64,000 bases of DNA from an uncultured delta proteobacterium (GTDB lineage: Bacteria; Desulfobacterota; Binatia; UBA9968), in assembly GCA_963760795.1 (NCBI GenBank), contig CAVXEP010000015.1:32001-96000 (forward strand), given 5' to 3'. The position numbers and the translations under genes are program-made. Shown one piece after another: positions 51,435 to 61,011 of this stretch. The notes under the pieces are model-generated. The model was not told the origin of the DNA. It ran no database searches and saw nothing but the letters and a program-made list of their open reading frames with translations. The stretch's first letter is position 1, and every line of letters starts with the position of its first letter.

Positions 51435-53438
51435 CTATCTAGCCGGCGAATTCGAGCCGCTTTGCTGCATCAAGCGAACTGCTTCCTGATGGTGCTGCAT
51501 CGCCTGCGCTTTTTTCCCTTGAAGCGCTAGCAGCTGCGCCAAGCTCTGATGGGCCGGGGCAAAATCGGCGCGCCGTTGCAGCGCTTGGGTAAACGCCGCC
51601 TCCGCCTCGGCGTAACGATTCTGCGCCGCGTAGACGCTGCCCAGATAGTAAATCGGCTCGGCGGCCTCCGGACTAAGCGCTGCCGCCTGTTGCAGCGGGG
51701 CAACCGCCTCATCCATCCGACCGTTTTTTGCCAAGGCGACGCCAAGATTGAGCTGCGCCCGGCTCACCGACGGATCGAGCGTGATCGCCTTTTGGAAATG
51801 TTCCATGCCGGTAGCGAGATCGCCGCCCTCGGCGAGAAGTTGGCCATAGTTGCTATGAGCTTCGGCATAGTTGGGCAATAACCGGAGTGAGTCTTCAAAA
51901 TGGCGCCGTGCCAGATCGGATCGGCCCTTCTGCATGTACAGATTGCCAAGGTTATAGTGGGCCACTCCATAGTCCGGTTGAATCTCCAGGGCACGCAAGG
52001 CGGCGTCGATCGCGTCATCGACGTTACCCTGCTTCGCATAAGCATTGGCCAAGTTATTATAGCCGGCGGCGCCTGGCCCGGATGGACCGCCAAGGGGCCA
52101 GTTTACCAACCCGGCTGTGATTGCCAGAACTATCGACGCCGTGATTGCTTGGGACCAATTCTTTTGGCGCAATAGCCGGACAAACTCGACAATCGCTACC
52201 CCGGCAAACAATGCTAAAAACGGCACCAGCGGATAACGATATCGGCCAAAGACATAAAACAGCGCCACACTGCCGGCGAGCGCCAAGATCATCGCATGGA
52301 GGAGCCACAGCCGGCGCCACTCGCGCCAGGTAAAAAACATCCCGGCAGCGGCAAGCGGCGCAAGTACACCGAAGTGAGCGAGCCACGCCAAAAGTGCCAG
52401 CGGCGCCGAGAACTGGCGGTAGATGTAAAAATCATCGGAGTCCTCGATCTCGCGCGCATGCCAAACCAACAACCACTTCCGCCCCAAGAGACTCAGCCAT
52501 CGACCCGGTTGCGCTTCGATAAAAGCGATCGACTGGCGCAACCAGTAACTGGAAACCTCGCCGGGCGTCAGTGAGTGGCCGGTCGCTCTTTCAGCCAGGC
52601 GCTTAGCGTCCGGACCTTCCAGCTGAACCTCTTTGATGAGTTGCCTAACCGATCCGTAGGTTCCGTCGGCAACCGGATTATTGCCGATAAAGAAGTTCGG
52701 CCCCAGCTGCGAGGTGGTGAGCTTGAACTCGCCGCCAACGATCAAGTTGCGGATTCCGACGGGGACCAGGACGAATAACAAACCAGCCAGGAAGCAGCCC
52801 AGCCAGCGCGCGCGGACCGCCGGCGGTTCGCGAGGAAGCTCAACAAATATCCATATCGCGACAAGCGGAGCCAAGATCAGGGCATTCTCGCGCGACAGGC
52901 CCAGAAGTCCCAGCAGCGAACCCACGCCGAGCCATTTCATCAGGTAGTGGGTTCGACCAACATCCACCAGGAGGTAGAGCATCAGACAGAGCAACGTCAA
53001 GTCAAGAATACTTTTTTCAATCAACGCGTCGAAAAATATCGCCGGCGCATAAATAGCCAGCACCAAGCCAGCGGCGATGCCCGCCGAACGAGAAAACAAT
53101 TTATCACCGACAAGAAATAGCAAGGCGCAAGACAACGCCCCGAGGAGGATCTGCAAGAAACGAATCAGCCAGAGGTTGTGGCCAAAAACAAATTGCCAGA
53201 CGGCGAGAAAATAGGGATATAACGGCGCTTGGTAAAATACCCCGCTGCCAAGCCAGTCACCCGCGGCGATTCGCTGCGCCCACTCGTCGTAAGTCCGGCC
53301 GTCGCCGGCGAGGTTGTCGAACAGCGGCATCGCCTCGATCTGCCAAAGGTGAACAAATCGCAGTAGCAGCGCGATCGCAAAGATCGTACTGAACCACAGG
53401 GCGGTTGTCTTGGGCGCGAAGCTATCAGCCGCGCGCAC
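51435..53438 (-). CDS. GT39/ArnT-like GT-C + TPR protein
   Basis: GDGRTYDEWAQRIAAGDW, YQAPLYPYFL, LSREN, NFFIGNNP.ADG, RYRYPLVP, then about 5 TPRs. Confidence 0.85.
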   Translation of the reverse strand: MRAADSFAPKTTALWFSTIFAIALLLRFVHLWQIEAMPLFDNLAGDGRTYDEWAQRIAAGDWLGSGVFYQAPLYPYFLAVWQFVFGHNLWLIRFLQILLGALSCALLFLVGDKLFSRSAGIAAGLVLAIYAPAIFFDALIEKSILDLTLLCLMLYLLVDVGRTHYLMKWLGVGSLLGLLGLSRENALILAPLVAIWIFVELPREPPAVRARWLGCFLAGLLFVLVPVGIRNLIVGGEFKLTTSQLGPNFFIGNNPVADGTYGSVRQLIKEVQLEGPDAKRLAERATGHSLTPGEVSSYWLRQSIAFIEAQPGRWLSLLGRKWLLVWHAREIEDSDDFYIYRQFSAPLALLAWLAHFGVLAPLAAAGMFFTWREWRRLWLLHAMILALAGSVALFYVFGRYRYPLVPFLALFAGVAIVEFVRLLRQKNWSQAITASIVLAITAGLVNWPLGGPSGPGAAGYNNLANAYAKQGNVDDAIDAALRALEIQPDYGVAHYNLGNLYMQKGRSDLARRHFEDSLRLLPNYAEAHSNYGQLLAEGGDLATGMEHFQKAITLDPSVSRAQLNLGVALAKNGRMDEAVAPLQQAAALSPEAAEPIYYLGSVYAAQNRYAEAEAAFTQALQRRADFAPAHQSLAQLLALQGKKAQAMQHHQEAVRLMQQSGSNSPAR

Positions 53439-53620
53439 TCGGTTCGCGACGGCGTTGGGCCCGCGTCCTGTCAGCCAATCGATCTGATCGCTGACCCATG
53501 GCCCAATCGTTTTTTGCCGGCGGACTGCGTGACTCGCCTAGTTGACCTGATCATGGACATCGTGCAATCGGCTTGCTTTTTAGCGGATTATTGCGTTTCA
53601 TTGAGAATTCGAGTTCAACT

Positions 53621-55066
53621 ATGGCATATAACAGCCTGCAAGATTTCCTTCAAGTTTTGGAGCGTGAGGGCGAGTTGAAGCGGATATCCCATCCCGGTCA
53701 AGGCCGAGTTGGAAATCACCGAGATCGCCGATCGCGTGATGAAATCCGCCGGGCCGGCGTTGCTCTTTGAAAACGTCGTCGGCAAAAACATCCCGGTGTT
53801 GATCAACGCCTTCGGTTCGACCAAGAGGATGGCGTTGGCGTTGGGTGTGAAGGACATCGAGGAGATCGCCGCCGAGATCGCCAAGCTAATCCAAACCCGC
53901 CCGCCAAAGTCGTTCAAAGACAAACTGCAGCTACTCGGCGAACTGGTGAAACTGGCGGGTATCCCGCCGAAGATGGTCAAAGAAGCGGCTTGCCAGGAAG
54001 TCGTCAATCGCGATCCTGATCTGAACCTGCTGCCGGTGCTGACCTGCTGGCCCGGCGACGCCGGGCCGTTTATCACTCTGCCGATGGTTTTTTCCAAAGA
54101 TGCCGTGAAAGGCACGAGAAATGTCGGGCTCTATCGCATGCAGATCTTCGATCAAGCGCACCACCGGCATGCATTGGCATCTGCACAAAGTCGGCGCCAG
54201 ACATTTTCAGCAACAGAAAGAAAACAAGGGTAAGTTGGAGCTGGCGGTCTGCCTCGGCGGCGATCCGGCGATGATCTACGCCGCCACCGCGCCGCTGCCG
54301 CCGCAGATCGATGAGATCCTCTTCACTGGCTTCTTGCGCAAAAAAGGCGTCGAGTTAATTAAATGCCTAACCGTCGACATCGAAGTGCCGGCCAACTCGG
54401 ACATCGTCATCGAAGGCTACGTCGATCCAGCGGAGCCGCTGCGGCGTGAAGGCCCCTTCGGCGATCACACGGGTTTCTATTCGCTGGCCGATGATTATCC
54501 GGTGTTTCACGTGACCTGCATCACCCAGCGGAAAAATCCGATTTATCCAACCACCATCGTCGGCCGTCCGCCGATGGAAGACGCCTTTCTTGGCAAAGCC
54601 ACTGAACGACTGTTTCTGCCGCTCTTGCGCGTCACCCTGCCCGAGATCGTCGACATGAACCTGCCCGTGCATGGGGTGTTTCATAACCTGGCGATCATCT
54701 CGATCAAGAAAGAATATCCGGCCCACGGGCGCAAAGTCATGCACGCTCTATGGGGCTTGGGGCAGATGATGTTCACCAAGACCCTGATCGTCGTCGATCA
54801 CGACGTCAATGTGCATGATCTCGCCGAAGTCACCTGGGTAGTCGGTAATAATATCGAACCCAAACGCGACACTATCTTCGTCCGACGGCCCGGTCGACGT
54901 CCTCGATCATGCCGCGCCGGTGCTCGGCTATGGCTCTAAGCTCGGTCTCGATGCCACGCGCAAGTGGCGCAGCGAGGGTTTCGAGCGGGAATGGCCCGAC
55001 GCCATCGTCATGGACGAGAAAACCAAAAAACACATCGACGCAATCTGGGAAAAACTGGGACTATGA
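53621..55066 (+). CDS. mqnL: UbiD-family menaquinone-biosynthesis decarboxylase; three +1 frameshifts (~53693, ~54153, ~54882)
   Basis: LEITEI, GPALLFEN, NVGLYRMQ, GMHWH, EGPFGDHTGFY, GSKLGLDAT. Removing one C at each site gives one ORF ending in an ATGA overlap with the next gene. Confidence 0.88.
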
Positions 55067-55995
55067 AAGCCGATACCGTTCGCCAATCCAAATTTATAAA
55101 CCTAAAAACTAAAATCGCCGCCTACGGCAGCCTTGTGCGCTTTTCTCACACCGTCTTTGCGCTCCCCTTCGCCATGGCGTCGCTCGCCCTGGCTTGGCCG
55201 CGACATCCGGTGTCGCTACGCAGTTTGCTTTGGATACTGGTCGCCATGGTCGGCGCGCGCACCGCGGCGATGGGATTTAACCGCCTGGCGGATCGTAAGT
55301 TCGACGCCTTGAATCCGCGCACGAAGAACTGGGAGATACCCCAGGGCAAAGTGAAGGTCGGTGAAGCCGTACTGCTCACAGCCCTGGCTTCGGCACTCTT
55401 TATTTTCGCCGCCTATCAGCTCAACTGGGTTTGTTTTGTCCTATCCCCCGTTGCTTTGGCGATTGTGTTCTTTTACTCGCTCACCAAGAGGTTTACTTGG
55501 GCGGCCCATCTGTTTCTCGGCCTCGCCCTGGCTATCGCTCCGATAGGCGCTTGGTTAGCCGTCGCGCGCCCGCCGTTCGACATCGCCGAACTGCAAATCC
55601 CGATTTATCTTGGTCTCGCCGTGGTCTTTTGGCTCGCCGGCTTCGACATCATCTACTCGCTGCAAGACCGGGAGTTTGACGGCAAGATCGGCCTCCATTC
55701 GATCCCAGTGCGATTCGGCGTCGCCGGCGCGCTAAGATTGTCGAGCGCCTTTCATTGCGGCACGGTTTTGTTTCTCGCCCTCGTCGGCAGCGCGGCTGCG
55801 ATGGGGGCTTTTTACTGGCTCGGGTTTCTGGCGGTCACCGCAGTTTTAGTCTGGGAGCATCGCATCGTCACACCTACCGATCTATCGCGCATTGATAAAG
55901 CTTTCTTCGACCTCAATGCCTATGTCAGCCTAGGCTATTTTCTTTTCACCCTCGCCGATATTCTGCTGATCTCGAAAAACGGGATCGGTGCATGA
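55063..55995 (+). CDS. mqnP: UbiA-family prenyltransferase, futalosine-pathway type
   Basis: FSHTVFALPFA, ARTAAMGFNRLADRKFDALNPRT, YSLTKRFT, GFDIIYSLQD. Confidence 0.88.
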   Translation: MKADTVRQSKFINLKTKIAAYGSLVRFSHTVFALPFAMASLALAWPRHPVSLRSLLWILVAMVGARTAAMGFNRLADRKFDALNPRTKNWEIPQGKVKVGEAVLLTALASALFIFAAYQLNWVCFVLSPVALAIVFFYSLTKRFTWAAHLFLGLALAIAPIGAWLAVARPPFDIAELQIPIYLGLAVVFWLAGFDIIYSLQDREFDGKIGLHSIPVRFGVAGALRLSSAFHCGTVLFLALVGSAAAMGAFYWLGFLAVTAVLVWEHRIVTPTDLSRIDKAFFDLNAYVSLGYFLFTLADILLISKNGIGA

Positions 55996-56777
55996 GTTTC
56001 TCGCTGATCGCACTCCTGGCGTCGTTGGGCGCCTTGGGTGGCTTTGCCGCTGGGCTGCTCGGTGTCGGCGGCGGCGTCGTGATGTTTCCGCTGCTCTATT
56101 ACGTACCGCCGCTTTTCGGTTTGACGCCGCTCGATGCCAAAACGGTTGCGGCAGTCGTCAGTAGCCAAGTGTTCTTTTCCGCTCTGTTCGGAGGCTGGGC
56201 GCATTTGCGCAGGGGGCAAGTTGAGAGTGGCATCACCATCACAGCTGGAGTCGCATCCGCGGCCGGTGCCTTGCTCGGCGCCGTGGCGTCTAAATGGGTA
56301 TCCGAAGGATTTCTGCTGGTTCTTTTCGGATTGATGACCACAACTGCCGGGCTGGCGATGTCTCTGCCAATGCCTCACCGCAGCGGCAACGAAGCATCGG
56401 CGCAATATCTCCCAGTCGCCAAGCTCCCACTAGCCGCTGCCTCCATCTCGGCAGGGGTCGTGATCGGCTTTCTTGGAGCGGGTAATTTTGCTTTCGTGCC
56501 GTTGCTCATATACGCCTTCAAGGTTCCCACCCGAGTCGCTATCGGCAGCACACTGGTAATCGGCTTGATGAATGGCACCTTGGGATTCATCGGCAAATTG
56601 GCAACCAAGCAAGTGCCGCTGCTGGCTGCAAGCGTCGTCGTCACGGCAGCCGCGCTAAGCGCGCTCGCCGGTGCAAGAGTGCATCGAGAAATAACCATCG
56701 GGGTCCTACGGAAAATCTACGCGGTGCTGGTGAGCCTGATCGCGCTCACGGTGTGGATCACCGCGTGGCGTAGGTAG
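55992..56777 (+). CDS. TauE/SafE (TSUP) family membrane protein
   Basis: GLLGVGGG and GFLGAG repeats, AIGSTL; about 8 TM helices. Confidence 0.85.
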   Translation: MSFSLIALLASLGALGGFAAGLLGVGGGVVMFPLLYYVPPLFGLTPLDAKTVAAVVSSQVFFSALFGGWAHLRRGQVESGITITAGVASAAGALLGAVASKWVSEGFLLVLFGLMTTTAGLAMSLPMPHRSGNEASAQYLPVAKLPLAAASISAGVVIGFLGAGNFAFVPLLIYAFKVPTRVAIGSTLVIGLMNGTLGFIGKLATKQVPLLAASVVVTAAALSALAGARVHREITIGVLRKIYAVLVSLIALTVWITAWRR

Positions 56778-56920
56778 CAAACCCCTGGAGAGAACCAGCC
56801 CGCACACGAAATGTTGTAATTTCGAATCACGAGCGCTCAGCGATGGTCGAATTTCACACATTGAATTCGATAATCCGTCGGCGTATGCTCAAGCGTAAAA
56901 TCATCATAGGGAGGGGTCTG

Positions 56921-57565
56921 ATGAAAACTAGATACTCGCTTGGATTGTTTCTTATGGTGGCCCTCATTGGCGGCTGCGCCAGCCTTCAGATTGGCACTGA
57001 TTTCCAAGCTGGCCGTAACGCGCTCATAACCGGCAAAAGCGAAGTCGCGCTGTCCTACTTCCAGAGCGTAGCTGAGAAAGACCCTGGGTATCGTTACGGC
57101 ACCGCGTACCGGCAAGGCGTTTTGAGTTATCTCGGCCGCGCCGAATATTTCGTCGGCCAGCTGCCGCAAGCGCAGAAGACGCTCGAGCGCGCGATCGCCG
57201 CCAACCGCGACGAAGATCTAGCCCGCCTCTATTTAGGCCTAACACTTACCCGCACAGGAGAGCGCCAGCGCGGCGTGAGCGAGATTGAGAACGGCATGAA
57301 GGGGATTAACGGCTTCTTGGAGTATGTTACCGAAGCCCATCGCTTCTCGTTCGGTCGCTTCTGGGACCCGGCACGCGCCATCCGATCGGCGATTCAGAGC
57401 GACTTGGCGATGATTTCTCGCCGGGAATTCGATGTCGAACGGTTAATCGTTTCGGCTGAAGCGATCGGCAAACAGATGGAAGACGAGGTCGATCGCGCCC
57501 GTCAAGACGAAACCCGCGAGCTCTCGCGCCAAAACGACGGCGGCTCAGGCAGCAGCCAACCTTAA
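56921..57565 (+). CDS. TPR lipoprotein
   Basis: GGAGG RBS, lipobox IGGC, YLGRAEY TPR. Confidence 0.8.
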   Translation: MKTRYSLGLFLMVALIGGCASLQIGTDFQAGRNALITGKSEVALSYFQSVAEKDPGYRYGTAYRQGVLSYLGRAEYFVGQLPQAQKTLERAIAANRDEDLARLYLGLTLTRTGERQRGVSEIENGMKGINGFLEYVTEAHRFSFGRFWDPARAIRSAIQSDLAMISRREFDVERLIVSAEAIGKQMEDEVDRARQDETRELSRQNDGGSGSSQP

Positions 57566-57583
57566 TACTTTAGCGAGCGGCAC

Positions 57584-57625
57584 CCACGGCCAAATCGGCA
57601 ATTGCGATTGCCGATTTGGCCGTGG
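57584..57625. repeat. Perfect 19-bp inverted repeat between convergent genes
   Basis: ccacggccaaatcggcaat-tgcg-attgccgatttggccgtgg; no U-tract on either side. Confidence 0.85.
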
Positions 57626-57660
57626 AACGATTCGCCGCTACCCCAGAGTTCAGCTATGGT

Positions 57661-58293
57661 TTATTGACCGTAGAAGGGCCGCAGGTTTTGCTGTCTGGTG
57701 TTTCTTTGAAAGTTGTCTTCTTCGTCGACAATCGCCAATAACCGATCGGTAGCTTCGATAATATTGCTTTTCTCCTCGGCCCCTTTCGTCAACAGGAACG
57801 CAGACCGCCGGAGCGCCGCGCGGATCAGACCGCGGGTATCCCAGTAAACATAGTTCTTGTAGCCGTCCACCATCACCTTGTTGGCCAAGGTGATTCCACC
57901 CTTGAGAGTTTCCACGCCTTTATCATTTTCGCCCAAGCGAAGTTGAGTAACTCCGAACGCGATCCAGGCGATCTCATCGTCCTTGTTCACCACCAGGGCG
58001 CGCTGCAATATGGCGTGGGCATCTTGAAACCGCGCTTTGCGATAGTACGCCCGGCCCAGATAGGTCAGGCTGTCTTTATAGGTCGGATCTTGGCTTACGA
58101 CGTTTTCCAAGGCGACCACCGCAGTATCCATGTCGCCGGCGCGGCCGCGAAGGAATTGCTCGCGCCCCTCTTCGTATCGCCCACCCATGCCAAAGCGTGG
58201 AATACTGTGGCTGCAAGCTAGATTCATGATGACTATCATGATCAGCGCGCTGGCGGCCGCGAGCCAACGCCGATAAAATTGCCGTCCAATCAT
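57661..58293 (-). CDS. TPR lipoprotein, paralog of 56921..57565
   Basis: Lipobox NLAC, YLGRAYY; YWDTRGLIRAAL versus FWDPARAIRSAI in the paralog. Confidence 0.8.
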   Translation of the reverse strand: MIGRQFYRRWLAAASALIMIVIMNLACSHSIPRFGMGGRYEEGREQFLRGRAGDMDTAVVALENVVSQDPTYKDSLTYLGRAYYRKARFQDAHAILQRALVVNKDDEIAWIAFGVTQLRLGENDKGVETLKGGITLANKVMVDGYKNYVYWDTRGLIRAALRRSAFLLTKGAEEKSNIIEATDRLLAIVDEEDNFQRNTRQQNLRPFYGQ

Positions 58294-58500
58294 AACCAGA
58301 CTCCCTAAATCGATGGCTGAAACCTTCTGACTTGACAAAATGCGACTGTAAAAATCGCGCTATCGGTTATTTAGCATATCCAAGTGGCAACTCAATGACA
58401 GGTCCACGCCAACACCCAGCCTTAGCCTTACATCATTCAGAGATTCTGACGATAACCCGTAGCAGCCAAACCCACTGCTTTTGCATGCCTGGCCGACAAT

Positions 58501-58533
58501 AAAAAGGGGGAGTCATTGCTGACTCCCCCTTTT
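58501..58533 (-). terminator. Intrinsic terminator of the porin gene
   Basis: aaaaagggggagtc-attgct-gactcccccttt; A/T tails on both sides. Confidence 0.88.
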
Positions 58534-58559
58534 GCTTGAAACGTCTGTAAGCTATGCGC

Positions 58560-60065
58560 TTAGAACGTGTAGCGCCAGTTCAAGAACCACTCCATCCAGT
58601 CGCCGCCCTTGCCGTTGCGGCAGTTGGCAGGAGCATTCGGACACACGTCAAGATTATGCGCCGGTTGGTTACGCGCATTTTGCAGGTTGGATGCTTCGGT
58701 CCACAGGATGTTGATACCCACGCTCATGCGCGGCGCGATGAAGTACCACAGATCCCACTCGTTGAGCCTGATCGCGCTGCGGTGAAAGTCGCCGCTGTTG
58801 AGCGTCGCCGGGCAGGTTATGCCCGTGCTGCCATTACAACCCACCGACAAGTCGGTGCGCTCAAAGTGGTAGCCGAACAAGATCGAGCCAGGCGTCGTCG
58901 ACGACCCGGTCAACCAGCCCTTGGGACTCCACAGATACATATCGTGACCGATCAGGAATACATTGGCTTTCTTTTGGCCTTGGCCATTGGCTGCGTTGCC
59001 GATGCCGGTGCCCCGATCCTCGGATCGTTGCCAGGCGTACATCGACCGTAAGGTATACGGGCCGACGTTCCACACCAAACCGGGACCCTGTTGGATCGTC
59101 AGGCCGTCACCCACCGAGTTGGCGCCGGTGCTAAACAGCGTCTGCCGGCCGCCACGGGCGTTGGTCTGGATGCGGTACTGGTTGCAACCGTTCGCCACTG
59201 CGCGGTTGTCCGAGTTACAGAACCACGCGCCATACTCGAGGGTTAAACCACTGATCCATTTGTTCTTGACCTGCGAGAACGGCGAAATGTTGAGGTAGGA
59301 GTGGAAGTCTTTGCGGTCGGTGTTGAGCTGCGTGCCGTCGCCGCCTTCGCCGTAGGAGTTCATGCCGACTTGGAAGCGGCCGATGCGGCCGGGGATGCCG
59401 ATGCTCGACAACGATCGGTCATCCCAGGTAAGGGTGATGCCGGAGCTGGCGCTGCCGGTGTTGAAGCCCAAAGCCTGGGTCAACATGTCGTACTCGGCCT
59501 GCGCGCCCGTGGCGCCCGAGCCCTGGCGCGCCAAGCTGACCGGACCCGAGTTGGTCGTGTCCATGCCGAACTGCACACTGGGCAGCCAGGGATTGAGCTG
59601 GTCGGCATTGAAATAGATTACGCCGCGCTGCAACGGCGTGTTGCCGCCGAAGCCGTCCAAGTCCAGGCGCCAGTCGATCTGCCATAGGCAGTTGTTGACG
59701 CACAGATAAAACTCCGGCCGGAAGCGCCGCCCTTCCAACTCGCCCATGCTGCGGCCGACCTGGTCGCGCCCTTGCTCGAAATTGTAGCGCATATGCGCTT
59801 CGAACGAATGACGGAACGACCACGACTTGTCGGCCGCTTCGATCATCATGCCGTTGCCGGGACGATACGAAAACGAGGGCATCGCCGCCGCTGCCGCGGT
59901 CGCCTCTTTCTTCAACTCGATCTGCGATTCTTTTAGCTGCTGGAGTTCCTGCTCGAGCGCGCTGATCTTGTCACTCACACTCTGCGCTTGAACCGTTCCC
60001 GCCGCTAGAAGGAACGCAGCTAGCAAACTCGCTAACCACATACTCTTCTTCTTCATAATACCCAT
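58560..60065 (-). CDS. Outer-membrane porin-like beta-barrel (OprO/P-like architecture)
   Basis: Signal peptide AQA, N-terminal coiled coil, amphipathic strands and a C-terminal beta-signal NWRYTF; AGGAGG RBS. Confidence 0.75.
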   Translation of the reverse strand: MGIMKKKSMWLASLLAAFLLAAGTVQAQSVSDKISALEQELQQLKESQIELKKEATAAAAAMPSFSYRPGNGMMIEAADKSWSFRHSFEAHMRYNFEQGRDQVGRSMGELEGRRFRPEFYLCVNNCLWQIDWRLDLDGFGGNTPLQRGVIYFNADQLNPWLPSVQFGMDTTNSGPVSLARQGSGATGAQAEYDMLTQALGFNTGSASSGITLTWDDRSLSSIGIPGRIGRFQVGMNSYGEGGDGTQLNTDRKDFHSYLNISPFSQVKNKWISGLTLEYGAWFCNSDNRAVANGCNQYRIQTNARGGRQTLFSTGANSVGDGLTIQQGPGLVWNVGPYTLRSMYAWQRSEDRGTGIGNAANGQGQKKANVFLIGHDMYLWSPKGWLTGSSTTPGSILFGYHFERTDLSVGCNGSTGITCPATLNSGDFHRSAIRLNEWDLWYFIAPRMSVGINILWTEASNLQNARNQPAHNLDVCPNAPANCRNGKGGDWMEWFLNWRYTF

Positions 60066-60422
60066 TGCCTCCTTTTGCCTCCCTTAAAATAGCTACCGTT
60101 ACTTCGTTTGAAAGCGAAATTGCCAGGAAATGACCTGGAAATTGCGACTGTTCTCAAAGGTTTTACTCGAATTATCCCTTATCCGACAATAGGACGTTGG
60201 CCTGATTTTCCTCTTGAGCTCGCGGTTAATTCCAAAAATACTAATACCTAAGTACTATAATCTTGGTGAAAGGCTTTATTTTAAAGCCATTCTAGCGATG
60301 AAGAGGCTCAAACGAGCCGCCTTTTGACGCATTTTCCCATGGCTGCACGTGCGGTATAGAGCTTGGAATTTGTTTATTTTTATGCGACTTAACGAATTAA
60401 ATGGTGAACCGTTAAAAATCTC

Positions 60423-60893
60423 ATGATTAGCAATAACCACAAAAATTTCTTAGCAGCGCGATGGCTGGCGATGGGATTGTGTTTTTTATCCGCGTCCTGC
60501 GCGCCGCGGATAGTTGAAATGCAGCCGCTCAAGGGGTTCCCCGGCGACACCGTTAGCTTGTCGTTCGAATATTTAGTCGGTTGGCCGCGCGTCGAGATCG
60601 GCAACGTGATGATGGACTGGCCGCAGCTCAGGCTTCAAGCCAGCGATCCGACTCGGCGAGACGTTCCTGGGGAAGAACTCATTTGGATCGAAGATAAAAT
60701 TCTCCATTTCAAGATCCCGGAGCTAGCTCCCGGCGATTATCAAGTCACCATCCACGACGATAAGGGGCCTCCCGGCGATTGGATTTATTCCTTCCTTGAG
60801 ACCACTGCTTACCTGGTGTTTCCGCCGGTATGGCCCTTCGTCTTGCGCTCTAATCAAGTGCAGGTTGGATTACACGTATTGCCGAAAAACTAA
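60423..60893 (+). CDS. Small lipoprotein with an IPT/TIG-like fold
   Basis: Lipobox SASC; PRIVEMQPLKGFPGDTVSL and FKIPELAPGDYQVTI. Confidence 0.6.
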   Translation: MISNNHKNFLAARWLAMGLCFLSASCAPRIVEMQPLKGFPGDTVSLSFEYLVGWPRVEIGNVMMDWPQLRLQASDPTRRDVPGEELIWIEDKILHFKIPELAPGDYQVTIHDDKGPPGDWIYSFLETTAYLVFPPVWPFVLRSNQVQVGLHVLPKN

Positions 60894-60902
60894 CCCACAC
60901 CT

Positions 60903-60977
60903 GACTGCCATTCCACTCATGGCAGTCGACAGCGGCACCGAGAATAAGCTTGACTCAGATACTCGTGCATGTATGCT
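60903..60977 (+). promoter_or_regulatory. Hairpin followed by a putative bamD promoter
   Basis: gactgccat-tccactc-atggcagtc, then TTGACT-16 bp-TATGCT. Confidence 0.4.
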
Positions 60978-61011
60978 AAAAAGAATCTCACGAAATATCG
61001 GGGCTGAATCT

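Noticed and set aside
53621-55066. mqnL as a pseudogene or programmed frameshift
   Set aside because: Three single-C insertions, no slippery heptamer, no stop codons and intact motifs; an assembly error is more likely.
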